Assembly: GCA_965242865.1 (NCBI GenBank)
Contig: CBDETK010000013.1
Coordinates: forward strand, 2,432,001-2,496,000
Length of the DNA: 64,000 bases
Direction: 5' to 3'
Source: Candidatus Latescibacterota bacterium
GTDB lineage: Bacteria; Latescibacterota; UBA2968; UBA8231
The position numbers and the translations under genes are program-made. The notes beneath the pieces were generated by a model. The model did not search any database. It had not been told where the DNA came from and saw only the letters and a program-made list of their open reading frames with translations. This document shows, piece by piece, positions 1-10,219 of this stretch (the stretch's first letter is position 1; every line of letters starts with the position of its first letter).

Positions 1-3000
1 CGAACCACACCCAGCACTCGCCGTGTACGTGCCCACCACCCCAGTGGCGTTTTCCGCAAATGTCGGAACCGTCGCCCCCGTCAGCAGGCAGACCGGCGCC
101 CGCGGCGTCACCGCATCGCTCACCGCCGACGGCTGGCCGTCCCCCGCTCCATTGACCGCCCGCACTTGAAACCGATAGGCTTGTCCCGGCGTCAAGGCGT
201 CCACCGTGGCCAACCACTCCGTTGAGGCACTACCGCTGACCGCTGCGTCCTTCCAACCCCCCCGCGTATCGGCCCCCAACGCCGTCACATCCCGATACTG
301 CCACTGGGTAATACTGGCGTGATCTGGACCCGTCCACCGAAGCGTCACCTGACCAGCACCCGCCGCCGCCCGAAACCCCGTCGGAGCATCAACGCCGGGC
401 TGGACCCCGGCCGCATCCGGCACCAGAGCCGACCACCCACTCACCGACGCACCCGCCCGCGAGCGCACCTGATACCGATACAGGCTATCCGGCGACACCC
501 CCCGGTGGGCATACCGCAGAGCGGTGATGTTGGTCGCCAATGACGACCAAGCCGCCGGCCAAGGGCCCCTATCAAAGGGTTTGCTCTGCCCCTGCACATC
601 GTAGCTCGTCGCCGACGCCACCGCCGGCCACTCCACCCGAATACGGCCCCACCCAGCCGTCACCGACGCGGCCGGAGGGCCGAACACCGCCGCACTCGTG
701 AACCCCTCGGCACGTTTGTTGGGACCATGATTGTCGGTGTAATGCACCGACGCCCGCAGGTAATAGCCTATGTCCGACGCTGGGGGCGTGTAGCTCGACT
801 GTTCGGGATAATTGGTCGCTGCGCCAGCCGCGCCAGCGGGCACAGACACGGGTTGCCACGAAGCGGTATCACGCTCCCAGCGATGCCAAGCCCAACTCGC
901 CCCGGTGAACGTCAGCCCCTCGTCCGGATCGGTCAGACGCGCCACCAACGGAACCCCTACCTGTGGCGGCTGTGGCGACAGTGCCACCGAACCGGCTTCC
1001 TCCACATTCACCACCGACACCGTGACCAACAGGGTATCCGACACCGCCCCATCGGTTGCTCCCACCGCCCCGCTCAAAGGCACATCCCGAACCACCACGC
1101 CAATATCGTAGGTCGTTTTATACCCACCGCCCGCTAACGGCACCTCATAGTTGGGCGGCTCCCGAAACTGCAAGGTGCGCTCGTGGCCAGCGTTGCCCGA
1201 CGTTTGAACCAAAGTGAAACTGCTCGCATCAGCCCCAATCAAAGACCACACCGGCGCGTTTGGATTCGGATCGGTGTTCCGATAGACGCCGACGGCAACC
1301 GGATCGGTGACATTCGGATCGATGTTTTCATTCACCGATGGCTTCGCCGCCCCAGCAGCAGACGGAGGGGCATCAGGGACCGACACCGGGGCACTTGCAG
1401 CCATATCATCGGTACTGCCTACCCCGTCGTTGTAACTCACTGTTGCCCGCACTTCATGGCCCCCGTCCTGAGCCATCAGCGTGTAGCTTATATCGGTCGC
1501 CCCCGAGATGTCCGCCCCCGTCCATGTGAGCACTCCGACGATCCGCCGTTGCCACTGCCAAGACAAGACCGAATTCGACAGGTTCGGATCGGCCAGCGTC
1601 GCCGTCAACACGTCGCCCACTCGCGGAGTATTAAGCACCCCAGAAGAAGCCAAGGAGATCGCGCCGGGGCGGTCAAAGGCGAACTCCACCGCAGCAGCAG
1701 AACTCACGTTATGAGGGGAGAACCCATTGGTGACCGTCCGCGCTTGGAAAGTGTATTTTGTGCCGGTCAAGTCCGTGATTTTGGCCCCGCTATTAATCAG
1801 CGTCCCATTTAATGGTGGGTGCCAATTTTTACCCTCGTCGGTACTATACTGATAGCCGGTGATCGTGTCCCCATTCTGGCTAGGATCGGTCCAACTGAGG
1901 GTCACCGCGTTGTCGTCATCATCAACCGGCGTAGCCGTCAAATTCGTCGGCGACAACGGGATGAAGTGGATATCGACCTCTGCATAGGCCCCATCGCTGT
2001 CGTTTTTGATCTCGATGTTGCGGAACGCCAGACGGGAAGGATCGGGATCGGGATTGGCAGATTGTGAGTTTTTGTTGGTACCTACGGATCTCTGCGTTGC
2101 ATGGCGCAGATGGGTCGCATCCGTCGCCTCTGTTACGGTCGGCCCATGCGTCTGAGGAGCCGCACCAAACGGATCGGACAGCAGATCGTCTAACATAATG
2201 TCATAAGGGTCGGGTGCTCCAACGGGAAACCGAGCATCATCAATTGAGCGGCCGTCCGCCGGGATGAGCATGGGGTTGGAAGCGGCCGTACCAGATGCGC
2301 GGCACCAGATGAGCAGCCCGGACGAACTCAACTCATTATAAGAGACATATTTCCCAAAGTTTTTATTACTGTCGCTCACATCGCGAAAATCCAAGAGGTA
2401 ATCTTGGCGGTTGATACTAGGAACTACGTAAATATGCGCCGGGCCGGGACGAATTCTCTTGTTGGTCGTAGACGATCTTATAGTCTCAGTAGTATTCCAT
2501 TCCAAGTCCATCCGGTAGAAAGGGTTATAGGGGTTGGGGCAAGAGCGGTAGGTTAGGTTGTAATAGGATGGCGTACCGTCGTTATTCTTACCTGCAATTT
2601 TAGGACCATGTGCACCGTCCTGCATCGAACCCCAGCCCAACAAATTGGCAGGATCAAAGGATACGTTTGTTTGTTGAGGAGTAGGATGAGGGTTCGGCCC
2701 TTTCCATAAACCATCAGGATGGTTAAATCCGAATAGATGCCCCCATTCGTGGACGTGAAGACCGATACCAGCAAAACGATCCACCGAGTGTTCTTTATCG
2801 GACTGATGGCTCCAATCATCCCAACCTTGGCGCTCGCCCATCACCATCCGAGCACCAATTCCTCTCGTTGCCGTAGCAGACCAAGTGGTTACATCTACCC
2901 GGGGATGCAGAGGACTGTAATTCGTAGGCGTGAGACCAGAATACACGTAGATCGCCTTGTTAGCTAGTAGAGTAGCGGCAGTGGAAGGGGGTGCCGTTTT

Positions 3001-3891
3001 GTAGGGAAAAGGTGAGGGATCCGTGGAAGACGGCACGGAGTTTAGCACATCCCCGTTCGTGTCATCTGCCCGGACCGCAGCCTCCGCATCATCCCAAAAT
3101 GTGCTTGAACCGCCGGACAGATCAGCGTAATCGTATTTCGTCTTGGGAAGCTCAAGCCACATAGGAGAGCCATCACTGTTTCTTTTATTCAGAATCTCAA
3201 ACTCTATGATGTCGCCTCCATACACTTCGTCAAAATAGGCCCTTAAACTGCCAAAAACTGCCTCGGTTTCTGCTGTCTTACCCGGCGCCTGACGCGAGAG
3301 TGCTGTAGCACCTTTATAAGCAGGGACACCAGTCTCGTAGCCTCCATTGAAGAATTGATTGAACAAATCCCACGAGTAGCCATAAGGTTGGTCATAGCCA
3401 TTATAGAAGTTCTTTGCTGGATCCGTTTCTGACGGAAAGGTGACCAACACCACGTAGCCCTTACATTTGTTTGTCGGCGAACAAACAAAATGGTCTGGGT
3501 CGCCAATCATCCCCTGCACTTGGCTGTCCGGGTCTCTAGCATATCCGTGTGCAATGCGCACCGAGTTTATCTCCGCAATGCGTGCCGCACTCCGCTGTAG
3601 GTGTTTAGGAATGCCGTAACTGACCGGGTTATCAACGCCTACCCTATAAGGCGACGCCACATATTCACCGCGTACGTCTAGCTCCGCGTAGTAGGCCCAG
3701 CCATCGCTACCATAAACGAAGACATAGCCGTCCGCGGTTTCTCGATTTCCCCCAAATTCGTCCCCCCAAGCATGGTACACAAAGGTCGTGCCATCCGGTT
3801 GGGAGACTTCGCCCCATACGTCAATGCCTGTGGACCAAACGCTAGACGACAGCGCAATCAGCAGCGTCAAAACAGCAAGGTAGGTTTTCAT
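1..3891 (-). CDS. Large secreted M6/immune inhibitor A-like zinc metalloprotease with N-terminal propeptide and FN3/cadherin-like/Ig-like stalk; runs off the window's left edge (partial, >1297 aa)
   Basis: Absent from the ORF track, presumably because no stop lies inside the window. I translated segments by hand from ATG 3891: signal peptide MKTYLAVLTLLIALSSSVWS, propeptide-type QPDGTTFVYHAWGDE..TADGY, VFGSLRAYFDEV, zinc motif HEWGHLFGFNH (~2719-2751), Met-turn WGSMQDG and YRSCPNPYNPFY. The same frame reads PTFAENATGVVGTYTA at bases 1-120. Not every intervening codon was checked. Confidence 0.85.
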   Translation of the reverse strand, partial: MKTYLAVLTLLIALSSSVWSTGIDVWGEVSQPDGTTFVYHAWGDEFGGNRETADGYVFVYGSDGWAYYAELDVRGEYVASPYRVGVDNPVSYGIPKHLQRSAARIAEINSVRIAHGYARDPDSQVQGMIGDPDHFVCSPTNKCKGYVVLVTFPSETDPAKNFYNGYDQPYGYSWDLFNQFFNGGYETGVPAYKGATALSRQAPGKTAETEAVFGSLRAYFDEVYGGDIIEFEILNKRNSDGSPMWLELPKTKYDYADLSGGSSTFWDDAEAAVRADDTNGDVLNSVPSSTDPSPFPYKTAPPSTAATLLANKAIYVYSGLTPTNYSPLHPRVDVTTWSATATRGIGARMVMGERQGWDDWSHQSDKEHSVDRFAGIGLHVHEWGHLFGFNHPDGLWKGPNPHPTPQQTNVSFDPANLLGWGSMQDGAHGPKIAGKNNDGTPSYYNLTYRSCPNPYNPFYRMDLEWNTTETIRSSTTNKRIRPGPAHIYVVPSINRQDYLLDFRDVSDSNKNFGKYVSYNELSSSGLLIWCRASGTAASNPMLIPADGRSIDDARFPVGAPDPYDIMLDDLLSDPFGAAPQTHGPTVTEATDATHLRHATQRSVGTNKNSQSANPDPDPSRLAFRNIEIKNDSDGAYAEVDIHFIPLSPTNLTATPVDDDDNAVTLSWTDPSQNGDTITGYQYSTDEGKNWHPPLNGTLINSGAKITDLTGTKYTFQARTVTNGFSPHNVSSAAAVEFAFDRPGAISLASSGVLNTPRVGDVLTATLADPNLSNSVLSWQWQRRIVGVLTWTGADISGATDISYTLMAQDGGHEVRATVSYNDGVGSTDDMAASAPVSVPDAPPSAAGAAKPSVNENIDPNVTDPVAVGVYRNTDPNPNAPVWSLIGADASSFTLVQTSGNAGHERTLQFREPPNYEVPLAGGGYKTTYDIGVVVRDVPLSGAVGATDGAVSDTLLVTVSVVNVEEAGSVALSPQPPQVGVPLVARLTDPDEGLTFTGASWAWHRWERDTASWQPVSVPAGAAGAATNYPEQSSYTPPASDIGYYLRASVHYTDNHGPNKRAEGFTSAAVFGPPAASVTAGWGRIRVEWPAVASATSYDVQGQSKPFDRGPWPAAWSSLATNITALRYAHRGVSPDSLYRYQVRSRAGASVSGWSALVPDAAGVQPGVDAPTGFRAAAGAGQVTLRWTGPDHASITQWQYRDVTALGADTRGGWKDAAVSGSASTEWLATVDALTPGQAYRFQVRAVNGAGDGQPSAVSDAVTPRAPVCLLTGATVPTFAENATGVVGTYTASAGCGS

Positions 3892-3908
3892 CGGGTACTC
3901 CTATCCGT

Positions 3909-4607
3909 TCACTTGTGGAAGAGGTGTTTTACAGCACCCCAAGAGCGTTCTTGAACCACCGTAGGAGAATCGTAGCCGGGCGGGAGATCAAGGCCGACCT
4001 TATAAGGCGATGCCACATACTCGCCTTGCGCGTCCAGTACCGCATAGTAATACCAGCCACTCTGATCGTCATAAACGAACGCATAAAAGGGGTCGCCATC
4101 GCCATAGTTTATGAGGGGCGTATCATCTATGGAGATGACATAGCCATCCGCGGGGACTTCAACAACTGTATCGCAGCCGATTGGTAGTGGCTTGATTGGC
4201 AGTGGCTGGTCTCTATAAGCTATAAAGGCCGTGCCATCTGGCTGGGTAAGGAACAGCCTAGGCCCGAAACGCATAATTAATACCGCGTCTATCTCCGCTT
4301 GGCGGATGGCACTCCGCTGCCGCTGTAGGTTCTTGGGAATGCCTATCTCAGCCGGGTCGTCAATGCCGACCTTATAAGGCGACGCCTCATATTCACCACG
4401 TGCGTCCAATTCCGCATAGTACCACCAGCTATCGCTACCATAGACGATGACATAGCCGGCCGCAAACGTCTTGTCTCCCAAGCGATGGACGATAAAGGTC
4501 GTGTCATCCGGTTGGACGCGAAACCCCCATTGGTCAATGTTCTCAAAAGCCCAAACGCCAGACCCAAGCACAACCAGCAGCGTAAAAACAGCAAGGTAGG
4601 TTTTCAT
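3909..4607 (-). CDS. Secreted protein made of two tandem M6-propeptide-like modules plus SWG C-terminal tail
   Basis: Signal peptide; QPDDTTF...GY..YYAELDARGEYEASPYKVG repeated as QPDGTAF...YYAVLDAQGEYVASPYKVG; aligns by eye to the N-terminus of the 1..3891 protease; ends PTVVQERSWGAVKHLFHK. Confidence 0.75.
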   Translation of the reverse strand: MKTYLAVFTLLVVLGSGVWAFENIDQWGFRVQPDDTTFIVHRLGDKTFAAGYVIVYGSDSWWYYAELDARGEYEASPYKVGIDDPAEIGIPKNLQRQRSAIRQAEIDAVLIMRFGPRLFLTQPDGTAFIAYRDQPLPIKPLPIGCDTVVEVPADGYVISIDDTPLINYGDGDPFYAFVYDDQSGWYYYAVLDAQGEYVASPYKVGLDLPPGYDSPTVVQERSWGAVKHLFHK

Positions 4608-4624
4608 CGGGTTCTCCTATCCGT

Positions 4625-5374
4625 TCACTTGTGAAAGAGGTGTTTTACAGTACCCCAAGAGCGTTCTTGAACTGCCGTAGCAGGAGCGTATCCGGGCGGG
4701 AGATCAAGGCCGACCTTATAAGGCGATGCCACATACTCGCCTTGCGCGTCCCGTCGGCAACTATTTCGTGCATACCAAATACAATCCGCGTAGTAATACC
4801 AGCCACTCTCATCGTCATAAACAAAGGCATAAAAGGGGTCGCCACCGCCGTAGTTTATGACGTAGTAAAAGCCATCGGAAGCGGGGTTGCCAATGCGAAC
4901 GTCTATGGGGATAGAATCGCAGTTCACACAAACTGAATATCCCGAGTCTTCTTCATAGTCTAAGAGTATAGCAAGGACATAGCCTCTCCAATTAGCAAAA
5001 AAACTCGTGCCATCAGGCTGAGTAAGGATCATTGCGGAGAAACCCACTTGCAACACCACGTCTCTCTCCGCTTGGCGCACCGCACTTCGCTGTAGGTTCT
5101 TGGGAATGCCTATCTCAGCCGGGTCGTCAATGCCCACCCTATAAGGCGACGCCTCATATTCACCACGTGCGTCTAGTTCCGCATAGTACCACCAGCTATC
5201 GATACCAAAGACGATGACGTAGCCATCCACAAACGTCTTGTCTCTCAAGTGATGGACTTCAAAGATCGTGCCATCCGGTTGGGATGCAAATCCCGGTTGG
5301 TCAATGTCCTCAAAGGCCCAAACGCCAGACCCAAGCGCAACCAGCAGCGTCAAAACAGCAAGATATTTTCTCAT
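4625..5374 (-). CDS. Paralog of 3909..4607: two M6-propeptide-like modules plus SWG tail
   Basis: Same signal peptide and two QPDGT modules; ends ATAVQERSWGTVKHLFHK; same RBS/intergenic sequence upstream. Confidence 0.75.
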   Translation of the reverse strand: MRKYLAVLTLLVALGSGVWAFEDIDQPGFASQPDGTIFEVHHLRDKTFVDGYVIVFGIDSWWYYAELDARGEYEASPYRVGIDDPAEIGIPKNLQRSAVRQAERDVVLQVGFSAMILTQPDGTSFFANWRGYVLAILLDYEEDSGYSVCVNCDSIPIDVRIGNPASDGFYYVINYGGGDPFYAFVYDDESGWYYYADCIWYARNSCRRDAQGEYVASPYKVGLDLPPGYAPATAVQERSWGTVKHLFHK

Positions 5375-5386
5375 CGGGTACTCCTA

Positions 5387-8300
5387 TCAGTTCACTTGTG
5401 GAAATGCAGTGGTCGGTTCCAACACCCGGCCCCGCTTATACTGCCACTCGGTGATGCTGGTGTGCGTCGGCCCGGTCCACCGAAGCGTCGCCTGTCGGAT
5501 GCCCGGCGTGGCCGTCAAGCCCATCGGTGCGCCCGGTGGCGGCTGCACCCCCGCCACCCCCGGCAGCGTATCCGACCAAGCACTCACCGTCTCGCCCACT
5601 CGCGCCCGCACTCGGTAGCGATAGCGGCGGTCGGCGTCCACCCCTCGATGCACATAGGGCTGTGCGCCGTGGGCCTGCTGCGTCGTCCACGCCGACGGCC
5701 ACGACCCGCCGTCATACGCCTTGCTCTGCCCCTGTACCTCATAGCCGGTCGCCGACGCCCCCGCCGACCAAGCAACCTTCAGCGCCGGGCCCGCCTGCAC
5801 TGAAACCGAACCGCCCGTGGGCCGAGCCAACCACGGCGTGACCGTATTGCTCACCGCCGAAGGCCGACCATCGCCGGCCCCATTGACCGCCCGCACTTGA
5901 AACCGATACTCGCGCCCCGCCGTCAAGCCTTCTACCGGGGCCGACCACCCCGCCACGGCACTACTGCTGACCGTCGCGTCCAACCAACCCCCGTCCGTAT
6001 CGGCCCCCTCCGCCGTCACATCCCGATACCGCCACTTGATGATGCTGGCATGATCCGGCCCTGTCCACCGCAGCGTCGCCTCGCTCGCCCCGGCCTCGGC
6101 CGTAAACCCCGTCGGCGGACCCACCCCGGGCTGCACCCCCGCCGAAGGCTCCGCCGACGACCACGCACTCTCCAACTCACCTACTCGCGCCCGCACCTGA
6201 TACCGATACAGGCTATCCGGCGATACCCCCCGGTGAACATACCGCCGCTGGCCGACGACATCGGACGCCAACGATGTCCATGTCGAAGGCCACGTGCCGC
6301 CATCAAAGGGTTTGCTCTGCCCTTGCACCGCGTAGCCCGTCGCCGTCGCCACCGCCGACCACTCCACCCGAACCTGCGTCCACCCCGACCGAAACGACAC
6401 CTCCGACGGCGCAACCGGCACACCGACCACCGCCCGACTTGGATCACTTGCGGACATCCGTTCCGCGTTGGGATCGTGCCCATCGCGGTAGCGCACCGTC
6501 GCCTGCAACTGCCACCCCACATCGCCCGACACCGGCGTGTAGCTCGATAGCTCAGGATACGCCGAGGCCGTGCCCGACACCGCTGATGAAGCCCCTGACA
6601 CCCCGGACCCAATCGCTTCCCATGCACCTGTCGCACCCAACCGACGCTGCCACTGCCAAGCCGCCCCGGTAATCTGCCCATCCGGATCGGTCAACCCCGC
6701 CACCACCGCCGTGCCCACTTCCGGCGGCAGCCCGCCCCTCAGCACCACCTCCCCATCCTCGTTCTGATTGACGACCGACACCGACACCCGCAGGCTGTCC
6801 GACAGCGCCGCATCGGAGACTTTTACCCACACGTCGTAGCTCGCTTGGGTTTCGTAATCGGCCGCACTCGCCAAATGGAGTTCCCGCGACGGGTGCGCCC
6901 CGGGCGACGCCGGTTCCTTCAATTCAAACGCACTGGCATCCGTGCCTGTTACGCTCCACGTCAACTCGTCGCCATCCGGGTCGCGGCCAGTGTAGGTGCC
7001 CAACAGCCACGGTTCGGAACTGTTTTCGGCTATGTCCACCGCCGCCGGACCCGACACCGACGGGGCGCGATTGGCAGCCGGACGCACCGGCGAGGTCAGC
7101 GCACTCATGGCCGACGCCGAGCCAAAAGAGTCGGTGTAGTCAGCTTGGAGGCGCAGGGACTGCCCCACGCGGCTGTTGGGGATAGTCAGCGTCCATGTCT
7201 GCGTCGCTTCCGACGCCTGCCCGGTTACGCCGCCGCCGTCCGAGGTGCTCTCATAATGGGGCGTCCAATACACCGGCTCTGCAATCCCATCTTCGTCCGA
7301 TAGCGTTGCCGTGAGGGATTCCTCCGCTCGCGGCGCAGTCGTCGAAAGACGAATGACACCGGCATCATTGGCATCGGTAACCGACACGGTAACCGACACG
7401 GACACGTCGCCGATGGATACCGACACCGCGTAGGTGTTGTTCTTGCCAGCGTCGGCAGGCTGTTCAAAGTTGGGAGGACTATGAGAACTATCGAACTCGA
7501 GGGTGCGCGACATGCCGTCCCCTTTCAATTGAAAGAAGCACTCATCCGTCCCCGCCAACCCCCACGACAACGCCGAATCACACCCCGCACTCGCCGTGTA
7601 CGTGCTCACCACCCCAGTGGCGTTTTCCGCAAATGTCGGATCGGTCGCCCCCGTCAGTTGACAGGGAACCTGCGGTGTCGCCTCTCGCTCGGCTCGAAAC
7701 CCGTTCCCATCATTGTTATCTCTGTTCTGAGCCAGCACCCGAAATACATATCGCGTCCCGTTGGTCAACCCCTCAATCGTCGTGTCCCGCGCCGACGCAC
7801 CCCCCGGCACCGCCGAAAAACCCGTCGACGCATCGCGATCCGCACTCGGAAAATACACCACCTTATACCGCCGGATCGGCAACCCCCCATTCGACGCCGG
7901 CGGCTGCCAACGCAAGACCACCTGACCATCGCCAGCCACCGCCTCAAACTCCCGCGGCGCACTCGGCCGACCGACCACCGACGCACTCGTGGCCCCCGAC
8001 GCACTTTTGTTGGAGCCATGACGGTCGGTGTAATGCGCCGTCGCCCGTAGCTGATGCCCTATATCATCCCGCTGCGGCGTATAGGACGCATGCGCCGACC
8101 CAATCGTCGTCCACGTATCCGTCGCACTCAACCCTCGTTCCCATTGCCAAACCGGAACCCCCACCACACCATTCGGATCGGTCAACTCCGCCGTCACCGA
8201 CTGACCCACCTCCGGCACGGTCCCAGACCAAGCCAACCCGACCGCACCGGGACGATCGAGAGTGAACCCCACCGCAGCCGAGGGCGTACCCGCCTCCTCG

Positions 8301-10114
8301 CTAGGGGTGACGGCCCGTACTTGGAAGCTATACTCTACCGTATTCGCGTCGGACGGTAACGTGATCCTGCCTGTGTTCGTAGTAACAGAATTAGCAGGAA
8401 AACCCGTCCAGTCCTCATTGTTGGAACAATCGGTGGAACAATACTCATAGCCGTTGATGTTTGTATTGTTCACCGCAGGAGCAGTCCAACTCAGCGTCAC
8501 TTCATTCCAATGATCACCCGTGCCCTGACGAAGCGACGCCGCATCCACAGACGGTGCCGACGGGATAAAGCGAATATCGACGCGCATCTCCCCGTTGGTT
8601 TGCGTAATGTTCCGCACCGCGATCCCTGTGAATACGTCCTGCGTATCGTCACTATAGTTGTCCTGCGACATAGACCCACCCCTGTTGTAGCCCGCCGTTG
8701 AGGGGTTGGATGTCGGCGTGAACTCGCCAGAAGTCCACACATCACCCGCGTCGCCTAGATTGCCCTGGCGATCGTCCCGCCAATCCTTGTCGTCTCCCGT
8801 CCAATAGTCCAAGTTGTCCCCGCCAGATTCATTATTCTCCGTTGGGGTAAGGGGAATGCTAGTCGCACCAGGGCCCGGATGATCCCAAAGCCCGTCGGCG
8901 CATTCCACGTCAACACGCTTGTGTTCTTCAATCGCATTGACATCGCCCCTTCTGTAAGGATTTGTGTTACCGCTTGTATCTGTTGGAGGAAGGTGGGGGG
9001 TTACGGTTTCGTCAATGTGCCATATTAACAACCCTCTCTGGGGCGCATGGGCGTCGTAGTAACTGCCAAGACTGCTCTCTGTCCCGTCGTACGTATTCTG
9101 CCGGTTGGACAACAGGAAATACTCCATAGGTGGAGTAGAAGAACCGGGCACCGGAATTTGCACCACTACATTGCCAGCGGAAGAGTTGATGTCAGGGATG
9201 GTCACCGTCTTGTCAGACGACACGGTCTCCACTCTATTGTCCAGCCAGCCCACCTCTATCCGAGACCACGCCGACAGGGGAGTAGGGCCATCTGGAACAC
9301 CCGCCTGCTCCACGTATCCGTCAGAACCTTTGCCCATCACCCCCCAGAAGCCAACGCCGGCACTGTGATTGGGATAATCCGTGCGGTCAACGAGAATATT
9401 GGTGCGGTCATAGAGCTCGAGCAGTCCCATAACGTGCCCATATTCGTGTGCCAGCACCCCCACTATGAAAGGAAAACTGTTGTCCCAATCCGACGTGATG
9501 ACCCTGTTAATTGTTGTGGTCCGATCTCTTGATCTCCAATTGAGATTACCGAAAACCGTCCCATCAACTTTGCAATCGTTGCCCATTCCAGGCGGCGTAA
9601 GCACGGCGACCAAGTCGACGTCAGTAAAGTCGACGTCAGGGTCAGCGTAGGCGTTGTCGAGTACTGCTCTGGAAAAATCTCGCACGGCATTCCCCCAATT
9701 CGCAACCGGGCAGCCGGTGGGCAAGGTCGGCTTCGCGGTCCCTTCATACCATGTTGTTGGAGCATCGTCGTCGGCACTTGCTAAATGCAAATTCCCATAC
9801 GACATCTTTTCAAAATAGTGCGCCAGACTGCCCTGAACCGTTGGGTCCACGAACTGGGTGCTGAGACGAGTCGTGTTATTGTCTCGATCGGCGAATTTGT
9901 AAGTCCTCAGATCACTACGATCAGAATCTCCCACAAATTTCCCAAACAGAACCAGCACCTTAATCGGATCCGTCGCCATGCTACTCCGGTAAAAGATATG
10001 GTGAGACGACAGGCCCGTCACCTCATCCCCACCACCATCATACCCACATACAAAGTCTTGGCTGTATGCGCTCGCAACATACAGGCTAAGCAGCATGAAT
10101 ACACGAAAAAGCAT
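5387..10114 (-). CDS. Secreted M6 family metalloprotease with FN3/cadherin-like/Ig-like repeats; C-terminus apparently truncated mid-FN3
   Basis: 1575 aa ORF; KVLVLFGKF, GSLAHYFEKMSYG, HEYGHVMGLLELYD, WGVMGKG, PTPLSAWSRIEVGWL, EYFLLSNRQ, GLLIWHIDE; FN3 signatures (YRFQVRAVN) and cadherin-like FAENAT/PNFEQPAD/DPDGD. It ends where its paralog (11299..16793) continues. Confidence 0.88.
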   Translation of the reverse strand: MLFRVFMLLSLYVASAYSQDFVCGYDGGGDEVTGLSSHHIFYRSSMATDPIKVLVLFGKFVGDSDRSDLRTYKFADRDNNTTRLSTQFVDPTVQGSLAHYFEKMSYGNLHLASADDDAPTTWYEGTAKPTLPTGCPVANWGNAVRDFSRAVLDNAYADPDVDFTDVDLVAVLTPPGMGNDCKVDGTVFGNLNWRSRDRTTTINRVITSDWDNSFPFIVGVLAHEYGHVMGLLELYDRTNILVDRTDYPNHSAGVGFWGVMGKGSDGYVEQAGVPDGPTPLSAWSRIEVGWLDNRVETVSSDKTVTIPDINSSAGNVVVQIPVPGSSTPPMEYFLLSNRQNTYDGTESSLGSYYDAHAPQRGLLIWHIDETVTPHLPPTDTSGNTNPYRRGDVNAIEEHKRVDVECADGLWDHPGPGATSIPLTPTENNESGGDNLDYWTGDDKDWRDDRQGNLGDAGDVWTSGEFTPTSNPSTAGYNRGGSMSQDNYSDDTQDVFTGIAVRNITQTNGEMRVDIRFIPSAPSVDAASLRQGTGDHWNEVTLSWTAPAVNNTNINGYEYCSTDCSNNEDWTGFPANSVTTNTGRITLPSDANTVEYSFQVRAVTPSEEAGTPSAAVGFTLDRPGAVGLAWSGTVPEVGQSVTAELTDPNGVVGVPVWQWERGLSATDTWTTIGSAHASYTPQRDDIGHQLRATAHYTDRHGSNKSASGATSASVVGRPSAPREFEAVAGDGQVVLRWQPPASNGGLPIRRYKVVYFPSADRDASTGFSAVPGGASARDTTIEGLTNGTRYVFRVLAQNRDNNDGNGFRAEREATPQVPCQLTGATDPTFAENATGVVSTYTASAGCDSALSWGLAGTDECFFQLKGDGMSRTLEFDSSHSPPNFEQPADAGKNNTYAVSVSIGDVSVSVTVSVTDANDAGVIRLSTTAPRAEESLTATLSDEDGIAEPVYWTPHYESTSDGGGVTGQASEATQTWTLTIPNSRVGQSLRLQADYTDSFGSASAMSALTSPVRPAANRAPSVSGPAAVDIAENSSEPWLLGTYTGRDPDGDELTWSVTGTDASAFELKEPASPGAHPSRELHLASAADYETQASYDVWVKVSDAALSDSLRVSVSVVNQNEDGEVVLRGGLPPEVGTAVVAGLTDPDGQITGAAWQWQRRLGATGAWEAIGSGVSGASSAVSGTASAYPELSSYTPVSGDVGWQLQATVRYRDGHDPNAERMSASDPSRAVVGVPVAPSEVSFRSGWTQVRVEWSAVATATGYAVQGQSKPFDGGTWPSTWTSLASDVVGQRRYVHRGVSPDSLYRYQVRARVGELESAWSSAEPSAGVQPGVGPPTGFTAEAGASEATLRWTGPDHASIIKWRYRDVTAEGADTDGGWLDATVSSSAVAGWSAPVEGLTAGREYRFQVRAVNGAGDGRPSAVSNTVTPWLARPTGGSVSVQAGPALKVAWSAGASATGYEVQGQSKAYDGGSWPSAWTTQQAHGAQPYVHRGVDADRRYRYRVRARVGETVSAWSDTLPGVAGVQPPPGAPMGLTATPGIRQATLRWTGPTHTSITEWQYKRGRVLEPTTAFPQVN
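5427..8074. repeat. Copy 1 of a ~2.6 kb direct repeat encoding the protease stalk (copy 2 at ~11726..14356)
   Basis: Long near-identical stretches; even off-frame ORFs 7765..8019 and 14048..14302 translate identically. One FN3 unit (~6130-6460) is a divergent variant. Confidence 0.9.
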
Positions 10115-10219
10115 AATACCCTCCTAAAAGAGCTTGTGTGTCGATGTCCTTTCCAATATCATAGAGGAAAGGCCGTCGGTCAATAGTGGCCTTCAATCCC
10201 GTTCTTCTTCAAAAGGAGT

